Origin: Tubulanus polymorphus
Taxonomy: Eukaryota; Animalia; Nemertea
Assembly: GCF_964204645.1 (NCBI RefSeq)
Contig: NW_027437463.1
Span: forward strand, 1 to 64,000
Direction: 5' to 3'
DNA: 64,000 nucleotides
The notes below the pieces were generated by a model, which worked only from the letters and a program-made list of their open reading frames with translations, was not told where the DNA came from and searched no databases. How positions within the stretch are numbered: position 1 is the first letter of the stretch; the number at the start of each line of letters is the position of its first letter. Positions 45,790 through 59,654 of the stretch are shown one piece after another. The position numbers and the translations under genes were made by a program.

Positions 45790-47560
45790 TTGGTGACTTT
45801 GATAAGATATGATGATGAAATTTTTCGTCTCAATAGGAGAATCGATGCCTATGTATTCAGCGCGCGCTGAGCGCAGTGGTGTGACCTTTATTGGCATTGA
45901 TTTCTTTTATTTTTAACACACGGGGAATTCCCTGGATATTTATAGGCCCTACCACCGGCAGTTCAATACGCGCTCTGCTCGCGTGAAACTATACAATTAT
46001 TGACGTATAGAGGCTTTACTAAGTAACTATGAGAATGTGTTTATACAATTATTGACGCACTGGTTATGAAATTGAGCGTGTGAACCTGACAGTCTTAGAA
46101 AGCTAGATAAGTAAATAAACTCCCGATCATTTTTTTTAAGCATGGCATATCTTTTATTTGTATGGTGGTAAAGTGCCGTAACATGGCGGGCCGCCGTGCT
46201 AAAACCCCTTAGCGAGAACACTGTTGACATCTGCAGTTTGAGAATCGTAAAAAATCTGAAATTCGATTTCTCTAAACGGTATCATCAGAAAAATATATCA
46301 AAGCAATGTTTGAAAAAAGTGTCTAATTGAGCTCTTAAAAACGGTAAAAATATGAATTTATGGAAGTAAAAAGTTTGTTGTTGAAGATGACGCTAGCTAG
46401 TGCTGTAGATCACTATGGGTTGACGTTGCAGGTGAGGACGTCGGCGCTATTTGACGCTGTGGATCGGGTCCGTACATAAGGACTATTCGCTAAAGGTGCG
46501 CTGTTACCGGTATGCGATCCACTCATTTTTTCGCTGGATCGCCTCTGTCCTGGCGCTATGGATCGCTAATTTTCGTTTCCCGGCCCCCATAGGGCGGGAA
46601 CTTTCTTTGACTAGTGTATAAGTGAAACAGAAAGTCAAAAAATTAGTTGGAACTAAAGTATTCTTGCAAATGGGTTTACTGCACAGTACAGGGGCGTGTT
46701 TTCGAGCAACCGCCCGATTTGCTTAGTGCAAGACGAAAAAATTGCTCGTCTTCGGCAACGGGAGGCGAAGATTGCTCGTTGTCGAAAAGAATTGTGTGTG
46801 TATCAGTTGGAGACGCCAAGCAATGAGCAACTCATCAACTTCCCAATGAGTGAGCAAATAATCACGCATGTATGTGATACTTTCAAATAGGGCGACGAAT
46901 CACATTATACTGATGTATTAAGCGGGAAAGATGATGCCTCTCTGTCTCCAGTGATAACACACAGGAGATGGCAAGCCATCGATTGCTCAACAGTTGCTTG
47001 CAGAACTGGTCGCAGCAACCGACGACTAAAAATTGTCTCGTGCGCTCCAGGAAAATTCTGCCATGGAGATTGTTTAGTTTTATTATCAAATAAAGGCTTT
47101 CTAAGGCTTTGGGGTCATTCATTTATTACGTACGCATTAGGGGAGGGGGGAGGGGTCAGTGCAATTGCGTACTGTTATGCTTAATGTATACGAAAAAATG
47201 GCCGATTTTGCGTACAGAGGGGGAGGGGGGTTGAAAAATTCAAATTTTATGCGTACGTAATTAATGAACGATCCCTTTCAGGTTCACATGCTCAATTTTA
47301 TTACCGGTGCATTTATAACTGTATAAGCACAGACTTCATAGCTCCATGTCACAAGCCTCTATACATCAATAATTGTATATTTTGGCGCAAGCGCCTGTTG
47401 CTTTACCGGAAGCATAAATATCCAGGGATTTCCCGTGTGTTTGAAATAAGAAAATGAATGCCAACAAAGGTCATACTCAGCGTTCGCTGAATAGACGAAC
47501 TAGCAGCCTCAATTTCTCCTATCGAGATGAAAAAACTTTATCATCACAGTCACCAAATCA
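45790..47560. repeat. Diverged ~300-bp inverted repeats (45790-46090 / 47277-47560) with a small MITE at ~47111-47275
   Basis: Patchy reverse-complement matches such as GTGTGAACCTGA / TCAGGTTCACAT and CCCTGGATATTTAT / ATAAATATCCAGGG. Confidence 0.6.
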
Positions 47561-48144
47561 AAATTTATAAAAAGGTTTTCTCAGCTCAAGTGGTAAAATT
47601 AAATTATATGAATAGATGTGAGGACATGGAACTATTGAACCATGAATTTTGACCATGACTTTTGAAAACAAACAGTGCTTTTCGCCAATAATTCTGAACC
47701 GATTTTTTATGAACTTTTTGAAAGATTAGACCCTGAACTAACTTCTGAATATCGTTATTTCTGTTTTGATTGATAATCCTGTCCAAAGGGAACATAAAAA
47801 CGGGTCGAGATTTTAAAACGGCTCGAGATTTTAAAACGGCTCCTTTCATTACTGAGGTCGCCTCATGGTGGTGCCTGCTGACAAGTACCGCACTCAACGC
47901 AATGTTTTCTAATCACATTTTCATGTATTTTAAGGTGTTAATGTTTTGGCTAAGATGTTACTGATCTGATGCATGTTCTATGACAGCGTATACATTCCTT
48001 TCAAAGAACATTTTGCCAAATGCGGATTCAGACATTGAATTGTGCTTAGTGCCCGCATCTTTTGGCTAACCCCTGTACAAAAGTACAGTACAGAAGCTGC
48101 TATAGTGTATCCTATTTTATGTGTTTTAGAGCGATGGTTGAGAA

Positions 48145-49185
48145 ATGAATTCGAATTTGAGATTGATTGATTTTGTGCGTGCGAAGCTTGACCAAATTGA
48201 ACCTGACACAAATGATAAGGTGAATTTGGATGGAGAGGCGATTAGTAGTAATCAAAGAGGAAGTGAAGCTAAAGCATTCTATGATGATGTCATCCAGTCC
48301 GTGCCACAGTCTTTGGCAGAAAGCCCTCGGCGTGAATTGAAAGAAAAATCTTTGAGTGTAGAGCCTGAAATGACGAAACATCACACTAACAGCAATGACA
48401 AAAAAAGGATTTTTCATGAATTTTTGCGTTTCGCGCAAAATGGGAATTTGTCCAAATTGAAAGAAGTGTTTGAAAGTGGTCATGTAGAAGTAGATACAGT
48501 TGATATTTTTAACTGGACAGCGTTAATGTGTGCAGCATGCAGTGGTGCATTAGATGTAGTTGAGTATCTTGTTTTGAGTGGAGCTAACCCTCATTTGAGA
48601 AACAATCAGCATTTAACCGCCTTGGATTTAGCGCGTAAAGCAAATAGACATGCTGTAGTTCAGTATCTTGAAAATTCAAAATGCGGTTTGATAGAGGTTG
48701 ATTCCGTTGTGACATCCCTAAAATATGAGCTGAGGTCCGATGACCCCTTTTATTGTGAAACGTGTAAAATGAATTTCATCGAAACTTCAAGAACTAAGCA
48801 TGAGAACTCAACAGTGCATTTATTTAGCAGCAAAAAGTTCACAAAAATGAAAACTATGTATCATTTACCCGAAAGCAATAGAGGATTTCAGTTGATGTTG
48901 AAAAGTGGCTGGAATCAAGACAGTGGCCTTGGTCCGGAAGGGAAAGGCCAAAGATATCCTGTTAAAACAGTTCTCAAGCAAGATCGCCAGGGTTTGGGTC
49001 AGAGCTCCAATCTCAAGAAAGCGCGTATTACACATTTCGGTCCATATGACAAAATGGCTGTAAAAACTAGAAAGAAACATCGTGAAATGACAGTAACTAC
49101 TCTGTCAAAAAAGAATCAAAAGGATAAAGAACACAAAAGAAAACAATGGGAGATTAGATTGAGAACATATATGAATTCAGAATAA
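48145..49185 (+). CDS. GPANK1: G-patch domain and ankyrin repeat-containing protein 1, 346 aa, single coding exon
   Basis: Ankyrin repeats (DIFNWTALMCAACSG, TALDLARKA), finger FYCETC..HENSTVH, G-patch NRGFQLMLKSGWNQDSGLGPEGKG..PVKTVLKQDRQGLG, C-terminal WEIRLRTYMN. Confidence 0.92.
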   Translation: MNSNLRLIDFVRAKLDQIEPDTNDKVNLDGEAISSNQRGSEAKAFYDDVIQSVPQSLAESPRRELKEKSLSVEPEMTKHHTNSNDKKRIFHEFLRFAQNGNLSKLKEVFESGHVEVDTVDIFNWTALMCAACSGALDVVEYLVLSGANPHLRNNQHLTALDLARKANRHAVVQYLENSKCGLIEVDSVVTSLKYELRSDDPFYCETCKMNFIETSRTKHENSTVHLFSSKKFTKMKTMYHLPESNRGFQLMLKSGWNQDSGLGPEGKGQRYPVKTVLKQDRQGLGQSSNLKKARITHFGPYDKMAVKTRKKHREMTVTTLSKKNQKDKEHKRKQWEIRLRTYMNSE

Positions 49186-49279
49186 TCTGTAGATTTCCAT
49201 CAATTCAACTCTGTGAAGAAGGTATAAGCACTATGAATAATTCAGATGTCCAGAAATTTATGTAGAATCCTTTTTTATG

Positions 49280-50270
49280 TTAAATATTCCATTGAGGTCT
49301 AAACACAATACTGTAGATAGAAGCATTGATAATATTCCAATGACACAAGTCTCAGAAACTAAATTTCTAGGTCTTATCATAGACGATAAACTTTCCTGGA
49401 AATCCCATATTAATGCTCTATGCACCAAATTATCACGATTCATTGGCAGCCTAAATCAATTTTTGACCAAAACAACTCTTTTTAAATTGTATAACTCTTT
49501 TTATCTACTGTCATCTTAGTTATTGCAATATTGCTTGGGGTTCTACATACCCATCCACCCCCAAAACGTTTAGAAATCTTACAAAAGAAAGCTGTACGTA
49601 GAATTTATAAAACCGACTATCTTGCCTCTACTTCACCCTTGTTTAAAGATGCAAAGATTTTGAAATTGATTGATATAATTTATCTCCAAATGTCTCAATT
49701 TATTCATCAATATGTTAACAATGAATTGCCAGATATCTTCAGAAATTTCTTCAAAGTTAATAAGTACTCGCCATAATACAAGATACAAAAAAACATTTCT
49801 AGCTCGATCCATTTAAAACAAACCTTAAACGGTTCTCTGTCAAAGTCAAAGGCCCAACTATTTGGAATCGTTTAGACAACAATATTAAATGCTCCCCTTC
49901 ACTAAATTCATTTAGACGCAAAATTAAGGACGCACTTACCACGAGTTATTGATATCTCCTTTCTCAAAAAAATTTCTTATTTCTCAAAATGATTCTTAAG
50001 TTAGCTCTTTTTGAATATTCCTGACAAATATTTAGTGTATACACCGTTTGTGTTGTACCGTCAATTTGTTTGTCCGGTTAATTGTTTGTCCGTCTCTTTG
50101 TTTGTCATGTTTTTCAAGTTTAATTTTCTAGGGTGTTATATCCTATAAGCACTGCTTCTTTATAACTTCCCTACTGATATATTGTAGTATTCTATATGAT
50201 TATTCTTTTTTGAATTCTGTATATACTGTACTACAATTTACAGGAAATAAATAATAGATAAATAAATAAA
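49280..50270 (+). mobile_element. 5'-truncated CR1-group (L2/Crack-like) LINE with (TAAA)n tail
   Basis: VSETKFLGLIIDDKLSWKSHI, LEILQKKAVRRI, SPLFKDAKILK, KGPTIWN; tail at ~50246-50270. Confidence 0.8.
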
Positions 50271-51366
50271 GAATTAACAGATTGTCGTAAAACATTAAAC
50301 CCACCGTTATGCATTTTTGACTGACAAAGAGTGCAGTAATGACCCAAAATATTTCTATAAGCTTACTGCTGATAAATATTTCTATAAGCCTACTGCTGAT
50401 GAAATATTTTTGTAACAGTTTATTTCATAATTTTGGATGTTTAAAGGCCTATTGGTTGGTCTAGCCATTAAGTGTTTTCTATGGCTGCTTCATGGGTGGT
50501 TTTTCGAGCTACTATTGAAGATTTTGTGGAGGAGCTCCTGGGGCAATGGGAACCCCTTCGCTTTCCTTTATTGAAAGATATTTAGGTGTACTGTGTATTT
50601 TACCAGCGATAGGCCCAAGTAGGTTATGAAAACTCTATTTTTAGATTTTGAATATTTGAAGTTTTGGAATCTAAATATAGAATTAGAAGTTTAAGACACA
50701 TCGCTTTGACCTCAACCTAGAGACTTTCGGCAGGTGTGGCTCAGTTTTTATTGCCCAGGCGCTCGGAATTCTGTTTCCGGGTTCGTTCCTCATTTCGTGT
50801 TTCAGTCTTTATCTCCGATGGATCTTTTTGATCCGGTTCAGGAGGTCTGACTGTTAATTTGAGGTTATTTGTGATTTTCCCTGCTCTTTATCGGCATCTC
50901 AGGGTCAGGTCCTCGGCCGGTAAGCGCCTGGGCGAGTGTTTGTCAATCGGAACTCGTCCGGGAGACTCACTCTCTCAGTGCAGCAGATATTATCGACATG
51001 ATTTTCATGTTTTGTTTTATCTGTTTATGAATATATATCCTGATACGTATATATATGTGCATGTATATGTGTGTATGTGTGCATATGTATATGTGTACAT
51101 GTTTATAATATAGTCCGTGCACTCCAGTTTCTAGTTCGGAATCCCTGGGCTGGAGTCAGATGTCTAATTTTTACCGGGCGTTTTTGCCTTTGTAGCCCAG
51201 GTTTAGCTCGGGTTTTTTCGTCCTTGTGCTATTTGCTGGGTGAATTTTTACGTTTGTTGAACGTGCTTTTAGGCTTTTGCCTTTACACATTTTTTGGGAG
51301 CCATATCCACCGCATGGTGCTTGGCTAATCCTTCTAAAATTTGCCCCACGTAATGTATCCTGAAGG

Positions 51367-51631
51367 AAATATCATAATTTTCCGCAATAAAATTTGTATT
51401 TCTGAGGGATACTTACGTGGGGCACAGGATATTCCCACCCGTCTTCCCCGCTCTTTGCGCAGAGTTTCAGAAGAAATTGAGTCTTGGGCCCGTGGCGGCG
51501 CCACCGTACGGTACGGGGTACTCCAAAAAATGTTTAGCGGAATATTTCCCAAACTAAGGTAACTTCTAAAATGTGCCCCATGTAAGTATCCCTCAGAAAT
51601 ACAAATTTTACTCCGGAAAATTATGATGTTT
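51367..51631. repeat. ~60-bp inverted repeat pair (MITE remnant)
   Basis: 51367-51427 pairs with 51571-51631. Confidence 0.7.
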
Positions 51632-51855
51632 CTAGCGCGAATACTGATACTCAAGGCGTATGATATAATGATTTATTGTGTGCCATGTGTTCAATGATTC
51701 ATGTAGTTTTGAAACCCGTGCATAAGGAAACATTCCATCAAGATATCTGACGAAAGTCTGGTTTCAAATTATGGAAATTTACTCCTGTGAAAATATTGAA
51801 TCGTCTGTGGACAATCTCTGTCAGTAATATTGGGTCAATATATTGACGTTTTTAT

Positions 51856-52525
51856 TAGGCCAGCCATGGGCTGAGCCTATAACTATACAAGTGGAGCGAA
51901 TATAAATGGTTTCCAGAGTAAAGGCTCTTTGACTGTGCAACTGAGCATATATTCATACAAATCATTCATTAGAGCATTATCCATTCTCCAACCCCTATGA
52001 AGCTGAATTTTGAAAGAGGGCCTCGTTGAAATTTTATCTGTTTTAAAAAGCCAATCAGAAAGTCTCCTCTATGATTGGCTTAGCTGCAGAGATTAGCAGG
52101 TGTTCACGTGAACCCGCGGTATCGTCTACCGTTTTACTTCCGGGTTTTATTTTAAGATCTAAAATTGTATTTCAATATCCATTTCTGTGAAATCTTTAGT
52201 TGATTTGGTTTTTGGGAGGAATATTTTTATTTGTACTGCAGAAAATATTGACAATTGTGCCAAGTCTTGTGCAAAATAGCTTTTTCTCAAATCGGATGGA
52301 TGACCTTGATATGCTAATTAGCCATGTGCTCAAATTGCAAATTCAATCCTTTTATTCTGCAAAAAAATATCAAATCCAATTCAATATTACTTTTTTGAAC
52401 AAGGTTAAACATCAAATCCAATTCAATTTTGTTTTATTGAGCAAAATTCAGAAAATTCAATCTGTTCTACTTATGAAAACACGATCGAATTGTGTAAAAT
52501 ATTAGCCTGGGATTGACTAGTCTAT
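51856..52525 (+). repeat. Dispersed repeat, copy 1 (second copy at ~59655-60328)
   Basis: Both copies begin TAGGCCAGCCAT.GGCTGAGCCTAT and are collinear over ~600 bp; shadow ORFs 52200 and 60030 are similar. Confidence 0.85.
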
Positions 52526-52639
52526 GAGCTGGGAGTGTATTTGGACAAATCTAACCCCAAGAATGCATCATTTGCTGTATTATGAAAAGCTGACAGGCTG
52601 GTCATAGTGTCCCTTGGTGCTCTTGTTGAACATGAATGA

Positions 52640-53297
52640 GCCGCTTAAGCAAATTGTGTTACCACAGTCAATTGGAAAGTTGTAGCTCATAACGTGTTCT
52701 ATGATGATTTTGGTGAGTTTCAAGGTCATTGGTTTTTGTATATGGCCACCAGGGGGCATTGAATAATACAATAACTTTGTATTGCTATATTATATTTGTA
52801 CCTATGCATATTTTGTTACCACAATCAATTGCAAAGTTGTAGCTCATGACATCGTCTATGATTGCGGTGAGTTTCAAGGTCATTAGTTATTCTATATGGT
52901 CACCAGGGGCGTTGAATAGTAGAATAACTTAGTATTTCCTTATTAGATTGGTACCTAGGTATATTTTGTTACCATGATCAATTGCAAAGTTGTAGTTCAT
53001 AACATTTTCTATTATTGTGGCAAGTTTCAAGGTCATTGGGTTTCGCATATGGTTAACAGGGGGGTTGAATAGTAGAATAACTTAGTATTTCCATATTTAA
53101 TTGGTTACGAGGCATATTTTGTTATCACAATTAATTACAAAATCGTAGCTGCTGACATGTTCTATGATTGTGGTGAGTTTCGGGGCCATTGGTTTTTGTA
53201 TATGGTCACTAGGGGGCGTTGAATTATGAAAGTGTTAGATCGTTTAGCATTTGAAACCACCACCCAAGTGGGCATGGTGTCCCAAGACCCCTAGTTA
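52640..53297 (-). mobile_element. Non-autonomous element with four ~154-bp internal tandem repeats (Helentron/HINE-like, tentative)
   Basis: Repeats start at ~52657, 52813, 52966 and 53118. The terminus AACTAGGGGTCT.GGGACACCATGC also occurs at 6361 and ~12103-12127. Confidence 0.5.
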
Positions 53298-53783
53298 TTT
53301 GAAAATCATTATTTTCTGGTTGGTTTGGATCAACAAGATTTTTTTCGCTACATGCGTCGTCCTCTACATATGCATGTGTGCAAATCTAATCTAAATATAA
53401 TGTGTGAATATTTACTTTCTAGAAATGATACCACCATAGACAATTCACCAATTTAGTTAATACAAAAGTCCTGCCTAGTTGAGCTCTATCTTATTACCCC
53501 TTCTAATTCAAGGCTTGTCAATTCTAAACAATACAAGGGAACTTAGTGTGTCTACATTGTATTGACAGAAAATACCGTCCATGCTGATGAAAGATAGGAC
53601 CTATGTCCTTGGGCCCTTGATGGCTTGTCCTATATGTAATGTACAGCCATCCGAAATCTACCTTCAGATATTATCTTGATCGGACACAACGGCTGCTACG
53701 GCCCTGTTATGTATGTTCCAACTGTCGATCTAAGCCTAAAAGTCATTCTTTATACAACCAATTGGTATTTTCTCATTCTAGTG

Positions 53784-53917
53784 ATGGCTGGTACAAATAC
53801 TGATTCTGTTTTAAACTATTTAACACAAATTGAAGAACTTGCTGAAGATATTCTTGTCGACAAAGAGCGGCTGATCGATTTAGACAGAAGACGGCAGAAA
53901 ACCCGAGAAGCAACACG
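53784..53917 (+). CDS. PDRG1: First coding exon of p53 and DNA damage-regulated protein 1 (prefoldin-like)
   Basis: MAGTNTDSVLNYLTQIEELAEDILVDKERLIDLDRRRQKTREATR matches the PDRG1 N-terminus. AG acceptor at 53780-53781, GT donor at 53918. Later exons were not found in the window. Confidence 0.85.
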
Positions 53918-55636
53918 GTAATATTTTTTGTTGCAATCACTATTTTGTTGAGATATTTTGTATTAATGGGGAACTGCAGTGCCGAAACTAAAATCTCTCA
54001 TTCATTGTTATTCAGCATGATGTTCAGTTCGGTAACAGTTAAAAATCCCCCCAAATTTTATTTCACTGTTGAAAAACTTTAATAGTTATCAAAAATTTCA
54101 CATATTCCGTGGTGTTTTTTACAATATTCACCTTGGATAATCTGTGACTTTTACCAAGCTATGTGCATAAAAATGACATTATTCTGTGACTTTTAGCTAG
54201 CAACATGCATAAGAAATGATATTATCGTAGTTTCGAAAATTTCTATGAAGAAATCTAGTTTAAAAGTAATGCAGTAGACTCAGCTCAACTCGAATTCATT
54301 GGGACCAGAGAAAAATGCAACGAGTTAAGTGGAATTCGAGTTGGGGTTTTGGTGAAATTGGCAAAAAATTATTAAGAAATTGAACCTATATATACCATTC
54401 TGTATTGATCCTACAATCAGATGCTAAATAGAAATGATTTCGTAAAGCTTGTTTTGTCTCTTTTTTACCACCAAAAAAATTACTTGATGCGAAGAAAAAT
54501 AACGATTCTAAACTGCAGCTTGAATCCTTGGTGAACTTTATGGTGCGAAAATAGACAAAACGACTTCAAAGATGACTTCAATGATAGAAAAATCAATAAA
54601 CAATTGGCTGTTAATTTTCGGTTTTTGAATCGCGAGCCATGCTGGAGATTATGTATGTACTGAATGACTGAATGTCCCTGTTTGGGATGTTTTGTCTTTA
54701 TGTGTAGAGTGGATCTTCTATTACATAATTACGAAGCAGTAAACACACGCACACTATTACTCGATAATTGTGGTTGCTGCCGGGAAGAAAATAGTTCGCG
54801 TTGAACAGATATACGAGTTGAGCAATTTCGAGTAGAGTGAATTTGAATGTATGGTTTGACATAGGAGACAGAAAAAAAATTCTACACATGCCGAATTGAA
54901 TGGATTTTCGACTTTTCGTCTACAGTAGTAAAATATCTTTGTACCCTAAATATTATTGTAAAAAGTAGTATCTGTTTTCGTTTAGGGTTTTTAAGTTTGA
55001 TAGAAAACTGAAAATTGGGGGGATTTTTACTGCGGGGTAAAAACGAATAAAGGAAAGATTTATAATAAAGGACCCATGGTCCTTTATTATACTTTGGTCA
55101 CTGACTCATGAAATAAAAGTATAAGAGTACCGCCGGCGTCAAGGTACACGAAGAACCGTAGCGTATTAACTTCCACTAGTCGCTGGGTATGATATATGTA
55201 CCAGTGAGGGAGGTAAGTGTTCAGTTTCTTTTGATAGATTAATGAATTACATCGAATGAAAAGGCCTTACTTTTTCATGACTGAACTTCGTTTGCCCAGT
55301 GAATCGGAATACAAACTCCTTTCAGCTATTTCGTTTGCTACTCGAGTCGTTTAGAAGAAAAATATAATCTGCCACCCCCTTCACTACTCAGTGGGCTTGC
55401 TAACCTTGCGATTGCGCAAGACCGATTAATGATGACGGCACCGACTAATGCCAATGAGAGCTCTCCACATTTATCGGCTGTCCCTGAGTCTATTTTAATA
55501 GCGATAGTGAAAGTACTGATTATTACTGAATTAACAAATTAAAAGACCTTTTTTAGCTATATTGTTAAGAAACAGTGGGTTTGAATTGCCTTCTAATTGT
55601 CTTCTTATCTGTCGCTACATTTTGCGTGTGCATATG

Positions 55637-55878
55637 ACAGTTGCTTCGATAATTTTGATGGAACATTGCAGGCGTTTCAAACCTTCCCTTGAGTTGAGGG
55701 TGGCCAGACTGTATTTTGAGATGATAATATACGAACCGAATATTTTAGTGTAATTTAGCAACAGTTGCTTCGATAATTTTGACGGAACATTGCAGGCGTT
55801 TTAAACCTTCCCTTGAGTTGAGGGTGGCCAGACTATATTTTGAGATACTAACTGAATATTTTAGTGTAATTTAGCAAC
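55637..55878. repeat. Tandem duplication of ~124 bp
   Basis: ACAGTTGCTTCGATAATTTTGA...TAGTGTAATTTAGCA occurs twice. Confidence 0.9.
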
Positions 55879-58800
55879 TTGCGATATTTGGTCATGCTTA
55901 ATTAGTTGTTAGCATCAATAACACATATATTTTCTCTTTCTTTAGGTGGTGATCTAATGAATAGCAGTCATTACGGCGTTGCATGGAAGACCATAACCTA
56001 GATACATGTATAAGGGTGCGTCTAAACTATTGAAGATTCAAGTTATTGTAAAAAATTTACTTTTTATCTTGCGAATAAATAAAACATGTAATTTCGATAT
56101 TAAAGTGTTACCTCACTATATTCAAGGTTGTTTGTCAACTTCGCTTTAATACCCCGCCCCCCCCCCCCCACCCATTACGAAGGCAAAGTTCAATGTTGTC
56201 ACAGGGATTAATTTTTAAGATTTACATTGCCATAACTTATTGGGACCAAGTCAGCAGCAGAAAAGCCTAATTTTTGAACACTTATTTCACTTTCTTCCTT
56301 TTCTTCCCAGAGTATTATGTTGGTGAGATTCTCCTACGAGAGGCCGCCAGTTGCTGCTCTATTGTTTCGATATAAGCCCGCTTGCGACGGCAACCCGACG
56401 CCTACCAGGGATGATATTTTTCTTCTGTTCAGCGGATTTCCTTTTCAATCAATTTTTACCTTCATGACATATATCATCATATCGTAGTACAAGTATGACG
56501 TAGAGGTCAACGAGACGATACCCGCACAAAGGCTTGATCGTAGTGAACAAGCCGCATCAATTCATGCGTTCAATTTCAACTATATGCTACACAATGTTGG
56601 TCCACCAGTATGGAGTTTTTTACCTTCATGACGTAGTCATGTATTTCCCTAAATTATTAGAAAATACTGATAGTAAGACCGCGGGAAAGTTTTTATCGTT
56701 GAATGGGCGAATCACGGCGGCAGAGTGCACCTGTGATAAGGCGGAAATAATTCCATGTGAAGGCAAAGCTTTTAAATAATAAGACAGTCGGAGGTGGTTT
56801 ATCAACTTTTTTCAACTATAGTGCTGCTTTTTTCCCAATCAAATTGCTAGATTTCGATGGTTTCTCATAAGTCAACACTTGTAATTCAAGTGTGATTTTG
56901 ATGTGTGTAGAGATACATCGTGACTAGCGTATTGAATGGCGGCGCCATGTTTAAGCTGCGCGTTGATCGTTGAATAGTGGAATTATAGGGTGGAATTATC
57001 TTGATTGTATCCATACGAAGTTTATTAAAGGTTAGTGTCAACAAATGGTCCATTACAGTCCCTCTAATTTATGTGGAGAGACGCTCTTAACCGGCAAAAC
57101 CGTGGTCTGTTTCGTGTTATCGTTGGCCTACGTGACTGACCTTGCTTGAGCGTTCGCTGCCGGTGCGCCGTTTCAAAGTTATGAATAAAGTATTATATAA
57201 CTGATTGTTAATGACATACAACAAATAAACCTTTAAAGAAAGGTACCTAGTGTCTGACATTCTACTGAAAAATTCCGGATTGATTCACTGCATAGTTTGT
57301 TCATAGTGAGCATTTTAGTATATGAATCAATTAAGATGATTGATGGACGCGGGTGCGGTTGTTTCAGCTGTTGAAGACGTTCGATGTAAACAATAATTTT
57401 AACCACGTGTGCGATGAAAACAGGGACATCAAACTAAGAAGCACTGAATTTTTTGATTACATGTGATTTGAATAGGCGTTTGTGCTGGTTTTTCAAAAAG
57501 TCGAATCTTAATTGACCCCTATTGCACAGGCCTAAGCTAGGCCCTCTGGAATTGAATTGAATTTGACACAGTAATTCACCTGTAATTTGCGATGAATCTT
57601 TTTGAAAATAAGCTTGAAGATTGGGTCTGGCGAGATGTCCACCCACCCCTATTGTAAAAAATGTCATTGGTGATCAAATATGGCTGGGGTTGGCGTGGCC
57701 ATCTTGAATTTCTTGTTTGCACCATGCAGCCCGCAATTCTTGATGGATTTCCACAAAATTTGGTGTGAGGATCAGGGTAGGTAAGCTGTCCATGCCTTTT
57801 GTATATGGAGGTCATGGGCTTTCAAATATGGCCGCCAGGTCAGCCATCTTGAATTTCTAGCACGAAGCGAACTGCAATTCTTGATGCATTTTCATGATAC
57901 TAGGTGTAATAATTTTTGGTAAAATGTCTACCCCTTATTGAAAATTGAGTTCAAGTATGGCCACCAGAGTTGCTATCCATCTTGGATTTCTTATCAGCAC
58001 GATGCCTACGCCAATTCTTGATGCATTTTTTCATGTAGTGTGATCTTTGGGGAAGCTAGAACGGGCCTGTCTTTTCATGAAAGGATATATAAACAGAAAA
58101 TGAACATTATCACCACATAGCCTATACCGTCTTAACTATTTTAAAACTTGTTACATCGTAACAATGTAAATCTTTCTGTAAAACTTTGAATACTGAATCA
58201 TTCTTCTACTTCGTCATGAAGGTATAAGGCCCGTGGGCCTCTTGTTACTATTTCTCAGATTGATGCAAATCCGTTGCAAAAAATGGAGGGGGGTGGTGAG
58301 GATAATAGCATCTTAAGGATAGATTGGTACCATAAAAGCATTTCCCAATCAGTTTTTAAATGCGATCATTTTTGTTAGCGGCATGTGTATGCTAACAAAG
58401 TTTTATCTATCTGTTGCCCGAACGTGGTCTGTGGATATATGTAGGCTACATTAATGATTTTTCACCGAGTGTTGCTAGTGTAGTGCTATAACACGGCTTT
58501 TGCGGCCCATAACGTGGCGCTGCATACATTGATTTCTTGTGCAAATGAATAGGTGATGACCATCCTGACTCGTCTTGGAACTAGCAGTGTCTTAACGGTA
58601 AAACGTGGACGATGTAGTTTGATTTTTTGAGCTAAATTTCAATGTGAAAACTGCTGAAAAACGATCTGAGAGGATGTGAAGAACCAAAATTTTTTCCAAA
58701 AGAGATATATTTATTTGCAAAAATTTAGATCTATTCTCAAAATTCCATCATTTTGCCATCTTTAATCGGTAAAGTTGCCAGTAATGGTAAGGGACAAAAG

Positions 58801-58991
58801 CAGGCGAGCAAATGGGAGGATCTCGTATCCCGCTCATCGGCCTCAGTTGCTTTGATTCGGAGTGCAGTCGACATAAGCTGGGGTGCGATGGCGGTTGCTC
58901 TCAGTTGCGTTGGGTTGTCGCGTCGCTTGTCGACATAAGCCAGCTTTTAGACCTCTCATGAACATTTGATACTTAAAATTCTCCTAGTTAA

Positions 58992-59278
58992 CCCTTTCAG
59001 TGCTGACCAATCAATACCCTATAGTGCGGGAGATAAATTGAAAATTTAAAAAAATTACACCCCAATGTGTTGAATAACAAGCGTACCACTACAGTGCGTC
59101 TACACCCGGCACGGTGTAAGGTGAGTTACTAATATTTCACTATGTTTGACAGGTGCTGTCATCTTTCGATAGAGATAAAAACTAATTACTAATTATATCA
59201 ATACACTGCAGTCCAGTGTACTAGCAAAATCCATCACGGATTCATACATCGCACTGCGGTATAGACGCACTGAAAGGG
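58992..59278. mobile_element. piggyBac-type MITE
   Basis: TTAA|CCCTTTCAGTGC ... GCACTGAAAGGG|TTCA (right TSD has one mismatch). Confidence 0.7.
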
Positions 59279-59654
59279 TTCAATTAAACAAAAATGGTAT
59301 TCCTGGAGTCATGCTGAAGTTCTTTTCCAGCTAACTCGAAATCCAACTTCAAGAGAAATTCAAATTTGAATTAATCTCAAAAATTAACACGGAATTCCAG
59401 GAGGTTCGATTTTAGGTTTTATACTTTATCTTCTGTATATTATTGACTGTATCAACAGTTCAAAATTATTTCAGTTTGTAATGTCTGCAGATGATACTAA
59501 TGCCTTCATATCCCATGAAGATATGAAATCTCCGGAATTATCTAAGTAGATACGTGGTTTAATAGTTTATAGACGTTCACCTAAAAAACTCAAGAAAAGT
59601 GAATTGAAAATATCTATATATGGAATGATGATAAAGTTTATAGAACCAATTTTT

